From positions 344,658,001 to 344,722,000 of the forward strand of contig OZ024743.1 of NCBI GenBank assembly GCA_964016885.1: 64,000 nt of DNA, in the 5' to 3' direction. The position numbers were made by a program, and so were the translations under genes. Positions 53,116-64,000 of the stretch are shown here, in pieces (the stretch's first letter is position 1; each line of letters begins with the position of its first letter). This stretch comes from Eledone cirrhosa (Eukaryota). Below the pieces are notes generated by a model. That model saw only the letters and a program-made list of their open reading frames with translations, did no database searches and had not been told where the DNA came from.

Positions 53116-54999
53116 TAAAATATATATATTTATATATATATACGCATTTGTACGCGATGCTATGTCCCAGCTCACCAGACTGCTATATCATTTGGTTCTA
53201 TGATGATGATGATGGTGATGATGATGATAACAATAATAATTCTGATGATGATATCAATAACGACTGGTATTAGCGTAGAGGTTGATAAGGATAACATCTA
53301 TGGTGACAACAACGGAGGGTTGGTGACAATGCTGAGAATAATGTCATGGTAAGGGCAAGAGTGGTGGTGATAAAAATGGTTGCTCCGTCTGAAAAGATCA
53401 CCGTCCTAATAAGCTTTGATAGATTTTACGATGGAACTTCAAACAGTATTGGCGGCACCTTCTTACATACACGTCTCTAATGCAGTACTACAATAGAGAC
53501 TGATAAACATAGAGAATATAATAATTTATTCAGAGAAATATTTCCTGTAATTTATGAGATGTTGAGAAAGATGGATGCCAGGGGATTATATTCAGTCTTT
53601 ATCTTTTAACAACACTAATGTTATCCATCACTAACAGGTCAAGTAATCCCACACCCATCACCACTGTTGTCCCTGCAACTGCTTCCGCTGCCGTAAACGC
53701 AATGGCAACGACGACACTCACCACTACCATCAGCACCACCACCATCATTACCACGAAAATCAGCACCACCTCCATCATTACCACGAAAATCAGCACCACC
53801 TCCATCACTTATGGAGTGGTGGTCGTGATAGATATGGTAGAATAATATTTATGGTAGATGTTCTTATCAATGGTAGTATTGATGATGGAAGTGATGGTTG
53901 GTTTTGTAGTGACCCCTGCCTGTATACCACAGAACACATTGATATTCAACTGTGATACATAAACATAAACTACAGCACGTTAGACTCTACAGTACTTAGA
54001 ACACGAAGCTTCATCGCAGTAATAAGGATTAAAAGAACAATTCAAAGTACAGCACACTATAGTTAACAAGTTCGCGCTTAGACAACATTGTCAACGCCGC
54101 TACCAAGTAAAGCTTATCATGGTCCACGAGTCGAATTTTACAAAGCAGAAAAGTACTGCTTTCAGGATTTCAACTGAGTAATGGGGAACGCTACTTAAAA
54201 TTTATGAGTCTATAGAGTTACTTTTGTGGGAGAAATAAGATATTATAGGGCTCATCTTCGGCTCTCTATTTCCTGGACCGATGGTCCAGCTGACATAGAG
54301 AAGATTACATAATGATCAAATGATAAGTAAAACAGAGCGAATTATGACAATTGTGTTGGTAAAGATATAGAAATAAAAGGGACTTTTAAAGGTGATTAAC
54401 CAAGGGGAGAATAACAGTCTCCACGGTTTATTCAAAAACTTCAAGACTTGTGAGGAATGGGGAAATGGTAGGTTAAAAAATGAAACCTTGCCTGAATGCT
54501 TGCAACCGATGTTAATTATCCAAAAGCAGCCAAGGTTTTGGCTTTAAACCGGGTCATGGATGAAGATTATTTAGGTTTTGAACTCTGAACGAAAAATCCA
54601 GAACACATTCCATAAGGCGCACTGAAACTCCGTCAATTACCACTTTGGATGACTGATATATTTGATTTTAGTGCAATCTCATCTATTCTGGTAACCATTA
54701 TAACAAACAACATATCATCAATTGGTTCTTAGGTAACTTTAGTTCACTACGCTGTAAGTATTTGGATCAGATTCCCTTGTTTCCCTCACTGTCAAATTTG
54801 ACTCAGAGATGTTGAAGCAAAATATCAACCGCATCAGTCTGACCAATCTGTGTTGATATATAGGCACCTGCACACACTGGTGAAATGCGTAATAGGTCAT
54901 TGTTTTGTGTGAGATCAATCAGAGCAAAGACAGGCTTGATAACTGAAGATTACTTTCGTTTATTTGATCAGATACATTACAATTGAAATAGAACTGACT

Positions 55000-55165
55000 T
55001 GGATTAGGATTAGGTTTAAAGATAGCGTTAGTCTTAGGGTTAGGTTTAGAGTTAAGGTTAGGGAAAGGGTAAGCATTAGGATTAGGGTTCGTGCTAGGAT
55101 TAGGGTTAATGTTACGGTTAGGGTTAAATTTGATATTCGGGCTAGGATTACGGGTGGAGTTTAGT
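55000..55165 (+). repeat. Degenerate (TTAGGG)n-like hexamer tract
   Basis: TTAGGGTTAGG and ATTAGGATTAGGG with six-base periodicity. Confidence 0.75.
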
Positions 55166-55740
55166 AATGACACAGACTGTTAAGCAACAAGAAGTCTCTG
55201 CAAGTCGACTAGGTCTGCTAGAAACCGTAACCGAATCTCTTTAAAATTTATGACAACTTTCTTAAGGAAATAAGCTAAAATTGAATAATACAACTCGAAA
55301 TAGAAAACATCTGAATAAATGAGAGATAGAATATGACATGGTTAGAATATGATTGATTATACATCTGCTTAAGCAGGTCTGACCTGGGGCTAAACAACTA
55401 CAACTATATGGCAAAGCCTTTAGCACCGCATACTACACAAACAAATAACAATAAGAAGAAAAACAAGAACGACAAGGTCGAGGACACATCCACCATCACC
55501 ACCAACAACAGTAACCCCTAACAACAGGAACATCAACAACAATAACAACAGCAACAAAAATTGACAATTATTTTAGGAATCTGAATGAGACATCGGAAAT
55601 AACTTCATCTATTAATGAAATCTTCATGTTTTTGAGTAGAAAATTCAATTAATTCTACATAGTAATTGGGTAGAAATAGAGAGAAAGAGTGAAGGAATGA
55701 AAGAGTGATACACAAATACACACACAAAACATATACACAT

Positions 55741-55899
<159 letters not shown>

Positions 55900-56043
55900 A
55901 AGAGAGATACAGAGGAGGTATAGTAGAGAACGTCTGGCGAATTAAGGCATCATTGGAACCTTCAAATTTATCTTTTACTGATTCTTCATCTCGTTAAAGA
56001 CATACCACATCAGCTACTGCTGCTTTCCTAATGGCTACTATTA

Positions 56044-56074
<31 letters not shown>

Positions 56075-56210
56075 TGTTGTTGCTTCTATAGGCTGTTGTT
56101 GGTGCTGCTATTTGCGTTGTTGTTGCAACTGCTGTTGGTGTGTTTGCTCATGCTCAGACTTCTACTACACGCGGTGTCGCTGATAGTGGTGTATTAATTA
56201 ATACTCACAA

Positions 56211-56397
56211 AGGGCGGTGAATTGGCAGTATCGGTAGAGGGTCGGACATGCTTTCCAGCATAGTTACGTCCCTTTACGATCTGAGTTCAAATCCCGCCGA
56301 GGTTTACTTTGCCTTTAATCCTTATGGGGTCGATAAAATAAAGTACCAGTAATGCACTGGATAATTGCTGGCCTTGTGCCTAAAGTAGAAACAATTA
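56211..56397 (+). mobile_element. tRNA-derived SINE with target-site duplication
   Basis: Matches the family. TTAATTAATACTCA occurs on both sides (~56194-56207 and ~56395-56408). Confidence 0.92.
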
Positions 56398-56449
56398 ATT
56401 AATACTCATATTTTTTTGTTTTTATGAGATACACGAATTGAACATGAGA

Positions 56450-56513
<64 letters not shown>

Positions 56514-56579
56514 GTCACTTTACACACACAGACATACACACATATGCGTGTGTCCGATTATTTATTTTCTCTCTGTCTG

Positions 56580-56778
<199 letters not shown>

Positions 56779-57016
56779 ACCAGAGAGAGATATATAGTGC
56801 GTTATCAATAATACAGGGAAAAAAACCACCAGTGTATGGAATCTATAACCTATGAAAGGCAGACTATAGACACGATAATTAAAAATATAAATTAAAGCGT
56901 AAATAAATACCTCTATAACTATATAACACATGTACAAATCCAAAGGATCTCTTCCCCTTTGAGCACATTATTTACAGGGAATAACGACGGCCTATGCCTC
57001 CGTTAATTTATCGTGA

Positions 57017-57074
<58 letters not shown>

Positions 57075-57101
57075 TAGACACACACACACACACACACACA
57101 C

Positions 57102-57182
<81 letters not shown>

Positions 57183-58657
57183 CATGTGTGGTATAAATCA
57201 AAGTTGTAGCTGCAGAAGAGCAGATACCGATTGAATTGTCTGAGGCGGTCACAAAGCACTGGGTGTTGCGAAGTTAATACATTGTTCGTCCAGAGTAAAC
57301 ACAAAATTAAGGAAGTTTGATACCATGAATAAATCGAACATGTGTACATGACCATATTGTATAACCACAACAACTATAGATACAAACAGGTAGGAGACTA
57401 ATCTGAACTATCTCCAATAGATAAGAATCGAAAGGAAACGATAAAAATCTTCGATAGGTTTCTAGGACTACGAGAAGGGCCTCACGAGTGGCATTACACT
57501 TGTGCAAGTCGTAAGTGCATCTGGCTATAGTTTAGCTGTGGGACTGGAGCTTCTTTCCTCAGCAGGTGTTTGTTCATTAGTATTCGCTGTAGTTCTGCAC
57601 CAATTAAAGAGGGAAGAATTATACGGTAATAGTAAATTCTCCTGTGTCATCACGTCGTCTTGCTCAAAAGAAGAAGGTTATTTGGCCAAACTTTAGGCGG
57701 GTAAATTCATGGTGTTAACAAAGAATTTCACAGCCCCTAAAGAAAGCTCCCAACTAGTGTTTATAAACCAAAAAAGCATGAATTACATAAAACTAGGAGA
57801 ATAATATTTTGTATACATCGAAATTGTAGCCGCACTAGAGCAGATATCAATCGAATTGTTTGAGGCGGCCACAAAGCACTCGATGATGCGAAACGTTAAT
57901 ACATATTTCGTCCAGTGTAAACACAATGTTAATGATATTTGACACCATAAAGAAAACGATCAGGTGTATGTTGCCATAGTGTATGGCTATAATAACGATA
58001 AATACAAACAGGTATATATATATATGTGTGTGTGATGTGTGGGTGTGTGTGTGTGTGTGTGAGTGTGTGAGTGTGTGTGTGTATGTGTGTGTGCGTGGGT
58101 GTGTGTGCGTGTGTGTATAATGGAACTTGTTATGGTTCTACCATTTAATGATTGGATTAATACTGTTAGACAGTAATATTGAAATCTAGTATTGGTAAGT
58201 TTAGTTGTAATTTTGTTGACATTTCAGTGAAATTTGTGATTATTAGTTCTGTAATTTCTAGAAATGCGTTTGTAATTATGGCTACACCATAGTATTAAGC
58301 GCTTTCTGTTTGTACATTTGTTGTTTTCATTTACATTGGTGGTAATGTAGTTTATCGCACTTTGAAACCACTCCATGATAGAACTTCTTTATAATGATCT
58401 GTGACTTTGTTAAAAAGAGTTTTATCATACCAAAACTTTAACATGAGAGAGAGCTTTGGGAAAATATTTGAAGATTACGGGCAGCTGGTTTGAATTTTAA
58501 TCGAATATTGTAAAATTATTTTCGGGTTAGTAAATGAGTAGTATTTATAAGTATTTAAGTTTACTCTTTTGTCGAGAAAATTAACTATTTTGAGGTTTGT
58601 ATTGACTTTAAATATAATGTATTTAAAAAACGTAATCTGTTGGTTGTTCATGTAAAA

Positions 58658-58775
58658 TAATTTTCTATTTTAGGCACAAGGCCAGCAATTACCCAGTACA
58701 TTACTGGTACTTTATTTTATCGACCCCGTAAGGATGAAAGGCAAAGTTAACCTCGGCGGGATTTGAACTCAGATC
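58658..58775 (-). mobile_element. 5'-truncated SINE inserted in the Penelope remnant, with TSD
   Basis: Reverse core, flanked by TCATGTAAAATAAT on both sides. Confidence 0.9.
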
Positions 58776-59007
58776 ATGTAAAATAATAACGGTACAAACC
58801 GATTCTTAAGAAATTAAATCTAGTGTGTATTAGGTATAATATGCAAAGACAGATTAATTCTCATATTTCTGCTGAGTTACCTCGCGTCAAATGAAGATTT
58901 GCCATTTATCTTGTCAAATTATAATATGGATTTTCTACTGTTCATAATTATTTTGATTTCACATTTACTAATGAGATGTGGTTATTGGTGAAATATAATT
59001 GTGTTTA

Positions 59008-59150
59008 ATTTTTGGCACAAGGCCAGCGTATTACTGATACTTTATTTTATCGACCCCGTAAGGATGAAAGGCAAAGTTAACCTCGGCGGGATTTGAACTC
59101 AGATCATAAAGGGCCGTAACTCTATGTTGCAAAGCATGATGTCTGACCCT
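59008..59150 (-). mobile_element. SINE inserted in the Penelope remnant
   Basis: Reverse core, with GAAATATAAT on both sides. Confidence 0.88.
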
Positions 59151-60509
59151 CGAAATATAATGCTGTTTATCGGAAGGATTTGGTGATTGAGAGGGTAAAA
59201 ATGTATGATATCGAACAGGGTGAATTTATATTGTTGTTTATTATACATATTGAATCATTCAATAACTGGGATATTCCTGATCTGTAGTGATAAGATTTAT
59301 ATAATTTCGGAGAAGATTACATAAAAATAAATTGTTAACAGTATATACTTGACTTTATATGGGGATTATACGTCTTCTCAGTGGAGTGTTTCTTATCTTT
59401 AAATATGATATATAGTGTATGTAGCGCTAAAGCTTGGGGTCTTCGGTTGTTATTAGGACCTATAGACCTCAACCGATTACAAAATATTGCGCTCACTACA
59501 TGTCCGCCGTGTTCTGACAGGGCAAGAGGTGACTTCTCTGTCGATATGCCTGGGTGTGGTCCTAATTTTTCTGACTCTCTCATAAGCTGGTACCACCCTA
59601 TGGGCTGGAATTTTGCGAACCAGATCTACTTGTATCTTCATCACCCCTACTGTCTCAAAAATAAAAATAAAAATAAACAAGAAAACATGCATATGGTTTT
59701 CTATACCTTGTTCCGGTATATGGTCCACACGCTCTGCAAGAAGTCACTAAGGGCCTCCTCATTTTCTTCACCAAATCTCTACGGAAGCCCACGCCCATAG
59801 GACTTTTGTAATACAGAGTTATATTACCTCAACACTTGGCCTTTCTTGAATAAATACCTCGGGAAAGGATGTATTGTTATGTGTGCCATACCCGACCAAC
59901 TTCTACTTTTGAGCTGACATTAGTCGAGATGCTCCTTTTGCTCCACAATCTTAACAAATAATGAGATGACGATATTCGTATCGTTGCTTTTGGTATTATT
60001 TTTCCAAAATCAAATTAAAGTTTCCAACCAGCTTTCTGTTGGGGGCCCTCCATTGTACAAGAGTAAATATCAAAGCTTGGAGCTTCATCGCTGAGCGAGT
60101 TTGATTAGTTTATGTTTGAAAATAATTTGATGTGTTGTTTGCTTACATAATCAGGCCAATTCTTAAGCATTTTGTAAAGTGTTAATATATTGAAAATAGT
60201 CACCTGCCGAACATTTTCAGCAGTTTAACTTGTCAAACAATTTTTCTACTCCAAATAATAAAGTGTATATTGAAATTTCCAGAAATCCCGCCATGGAAAA
60301 ATATTAACCACAAAGAACAACTTTATATTTATGAGTTAATCCCAAATAAAATGATCTGCACAGCGCTCTGTAAAACACTATCGCACACAAGGAGGAACAA
60401 CAACGACAATAATAATAATAAAAACAACAACAATAGCAACCACCACCACTACCAGCACTACCACCATCAACTCCACCATCCACCACCACCACAACAACAA
60501 CAATAATAA

Positions 60510-60707
60510 TGATTTCTACTATAGGCACAAGGCCAGTAATTTGGGGAAGGAGAACGTCGATTAAATCGATTACTGGTACTTTATTTTATCGACCCCGTAA
60601 GGATGAAAGGCAAAGTCAACCTCGGCGGGATTTGAACTCAGATCGTAAAGGGTCGTAACTATGCTGGAAAGCATGGCGTCCGACCCTCTACTGATACTGC
60701 CAATCCA
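60510..60707 (-). mobile_element. tRNA-derived SINE
   Basis: Reverse complement of the family sequence. Confidence 0.92.
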
Positions 60708-61077
60708 CAACAATAAACGATACAATTATATGAATCAAATTCTCCAATAAGTGGGAGTATTACCCGAGGGTGACTTAGGAACCCCAACTATCCAGAACCG
60801 TCCTACATTTTTTTTGGTTTTCAGGTCTTTTGTGGGTACCCTTTTCCACGCTAAAAGAAAAAGGTTTCTGTATGTGAGCCATTTAACTAAGATGGATGTT
60901 GTGGTATGAGTTTTTCAGTGACGGTGTTTGTGTGTGTGTTTTGATGAGGGAGAGAGTGCACCGGCTCTTTAAGTTTCTGTTACTGGTGGTCGTTCAGTTG
61001 CCGGTATTAATGATGTTGTTGGTCTTGGTGCTGCTGTTGCTGCTGATATTGTTAGTGCCGCAGTTGCTGTTGTTGTT

Positions 61078-61122
<45 letters not shown>

Positions 61123-61602
61123 AGCTGTTGAGGTCCTGGTTTTGGAAGCAAGGTGACCCTGTGGTTTCCTGTTTTCTGTTGAGGGCAAAGAGCTCTTAAG
61201 TGTTCGGTTTTCCCACAAAATTAATAGCGAGACTTTTTTTGTCTCTCATATGACTCTCAACTCCACGCTACCCGGAAAGTGAATTAGGTCCGGGATTTTT
61301 AAATGTTTTTCTGGTTTGATATGGGGAAGTACTTCCAGACTGATCCCAGATCAGTTTTCCCTCCGAGTCTTTTTTATCTGGAGCAGAGTTTCACTTCATT
61401 CTATGTCTATGTATACTAGGATTCACCAGATGCCTATTTAGACGGGAGCCCAGCAAAGCTGATCTTAAGTGTCCTTCTTCCCATGTAAAAAGGAAACGAA
61501 GTATATTCGTCTGTTTTGCAAAGACACTACACAATAGACATGTTAATTTGATAAAACATGAAATAAGTATAAAATGATGATAAAACACACTAATTAACAT
61601 AA

Positions 61603-61988
61603 TGGCGGTGGATTGGCAGTATCGGTTGAGGGTCGGACGCCATGCTTTGCATCATAGAGTTACGTCCCTTTACGGTCTGAGTGCAAATCCCACTGAAGTT
61701 AACTTTGCCTTTCATCCTTACGGGGTCGATCAAATAAAGTACCAGTAATGCACTGGGTTATTGATGGTCTTGTGCCAAAAGTAGAAACAATTATAACGGT
61801 CGGTGGATTGGCAGTATCAGTAGAGGGTCGGACGCCATGCTTTGCAGCATAGAGTTACGGCCCTTTATGGTCTGAGTTCAAATCCCGCCGAGGTCAACTT
61901 CGCCTTTCATCCTTACGGGGTCGATCAAATAAAGTACCAGTAATGTACTGGGATAATTGCTGGCCTTGTGCCAAATGTAGAAACAATT
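61603..61988 (+). mobile_element. Head-to-tail SINE dimer (61603-61793 and 61798-61988)
   Basis: Two full copies; TAATTAACATAA flanks the pair. Confidence 0.92.
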
Positions 61989-62154
61989 AATTAACATAAC
62001 ATATATCATAAAACATAAAAAAAAAAATCATCCAGAATTATCTCCCCATACGGGAAGCCACTAGTTTAGTCGAGTCAGAGCACCTCGCAACAATGATAAT
62101 AATTATAATGATGCTGCTGTTGGTGATGATACTACTACTACTACCAATATTATT

Positions 62155-62612
62155 GGTTTCTGATTTAGGAATAGAGTCAACAATTTTAGGGGAGGGGAAA
62201 TCGATTATATCTACCCGAGTGCATGCTAGTACTTTATTTTTTTATCCATCCCCGTAAGGATGGAAGGCAAAGCTTACCACGGCGGGATTTGAACTCAAAC
62301 CGTAAAGGGCCGTAGATCTGTGCCATAAAGCATGTTGTCCAACACTCCACCGATACTGCTAAATCATCGCCCTAACTGCTACCAATAATATTGGTTTCAG
62401 ACATAAGCACAAGACTAGCAATTTTGGGGGAGGGGGAAGTCGATTAAATCGATCCAGTGCACGACTGGTACTTCATTTTCTCGACCCCGTAAGGATGAAA
62501 GGCAAAGTTAACTTCGGCGGGATTTGAACTCAGATCATAAAGGTCCGTAACTCTATGCTGCAAAGCATGGCGTCTGACCCCCCCACCCCCGCACCGATAC
62601 TGCCAATCCACC
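62155..62612 (-). mobile_element. Two long-variant SINE copies (62155-62372 and 62392-62612)
   Basis: Reverse cores with the GGGGAGGGG..GTCGATTAAATCGA segment. Confidence 0.88.
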
Positions 62613-62969
62613 ACACTTACGGTTACCAATAATATTAATAATAGTAATACAAGACTCCACACACAGACACAGACACACAAACGCACAAACACACATGAAG
62701 AGACTTACGAGAATAGGTTTTAGAAATACTGTATAAGTTAAAAAGCAAAAAAATATCGTCATTCATGTGAACTTTTGTTGTAAGATAAGAATGTCATCCG
62801 AATGGTTGATAAACAATTCCCACTCAAATATACTCTCTCTCTCTTTCACATACACACATAGATATATATATGTGTGTGTGTGTATATATATATATGTATA
62901 TATATATATATACATACACATATATATATCTATGTGTGTGTGTGATATATTAGGTTAACGCTTGATATA

Positions 62970-63015
<46 letters not shown>

Positions 63016-63034
63016 ATGTGTATGTGTGTGTGTG

Positions 63035-63147
<113 letters not shown>

Positions 63148-63276
63148 TATATCAAGCGGTAACCTAATATATTCCCTTCCATATACTGTACCGATAGTGT
63201 TGTTATTTCTGTTTAACTTTTACATGCACACACACACACACATACACACATACACACATACACATATATATATACA

Positions 63277-63354
<78 letters not shown>

Positions 63355-63449
63355 TATATATACATACATATATAAATAAATAAATATATATATATATTTA
63401 TATATATTTTTATACATACATACACACATACATACATACATACATACAT

Positions 63450-63483
<34 letters not shown>

Positions 63484-63516
63484 TACGTATTATAATTACA
63501 TATATGTATTATACAT

Positions 63517-63557
<41 letters not shown>

Positions 63558-63564
63558 CACACGT

Positions 63565-63610
<46 letters not shown>

Positions 63611-64000
63611 TAGTGCATATTTATATAAATATATACTAGTGCATATATACAATCGCAGTCACCCCGAACTTTATCATATATCAAATGAAAATTAAAATGT
63701 AAAATGCAATAAAGATCTAATAAAAAAAATATAGAGAAAAAATGTTGACATTAATTCCTAAGATATTTTTATTCAATTAATCGACAATTAATGTTCTATA
63801 CTAAATTCTACCGACCTGATTCCATTTGCTGCCAAATTTTCCAACGTGTACTCTACGACTATTACGATAGTGATCACAAATGCTTACATGTATGTAGGTG
63901 TGAGTCAGGATTTATTGAAGTAGATGACAACATCTAGAGATTTGTCTTTAGATTTCAACCCCTATAAAATTCTATTTCAATTAAGCCCTATTATGAGTTG

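Larger units (their letters stand above)
57190..59330 (-). mobile_element. Decayed Penelope-like element: RT remnant plus tandem pLTR-like direct repeats
   Basis: Minus-strand peptides SSFDA..SAEI*EL (~58870), VNTNLKIVNFLDKRVNLNTYKYYSF (~58540-58610) and DKTLFNKVTDHYKEVLSWSGF (~58365-58428). Diverged direct repeats at 57190-57390 and 57810-58012. Confidence 0.72.

Noticed and set aside
54800-54870. Ankyrin-like peptide AYISTQIGQTDAVDILLQH on the minus strand
   Set aside because: Short, followed by a stop, with no adjacent intact repeats.
55000-55165. Telomere or chromosome fusion site
   Set aside because: Short, highly degenerate and single orientation; such tracts are common inside transposon remnants.
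59335-61500. Short ORFs in moderately GC-rich segments
   Set aside because: No recognisable motifs; probably decayed element sequence.

Overview
Eukaryotic, AT-rich, repeat-dominated window with no convincing host protein-coding gene. The SINE families and microsatellite landscape suggest an octopod cephalopod (inference). Bases 1-21960 are a single satellite array built on a 27-bp unit (GACGTTGTTATTGTTACTACTGTTGTT). It has mosaic kb-scale higher-order structure and a homogeneous right edge, and it accounts for all the Leu/Val/Thr/Asn-rich ORFs there. The remaining 42 kb contains mostly decayed mobile DNA: about 15 tRNA-derived SINE copies, a near full-length GC-rich CRE-like non-LTR retrotransposon (PHD-like finger, RT, CCHC, restriction-like endonuclease, poly-A), Helitrons including a Pif1 helicase remnant, and RTE, Tx1/L1, Penelope and mariner fragments. 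The most notable signals are three. (i) Type I hammerhead ribozyme folds sit inside small (TA)n-embedded elements; two look intact, one of them with a compensatory U3-A8 core. (ii) Fold-back or 5'-inverted insertions are frequent, including two independent twin-priming-like RTE copies and a 5'-inverted SINE. (iii) The CRE-like element carries an N-terminal PHD-like finger. Everything was read by eye, so boundaries are approximate and family names need database confirmation.
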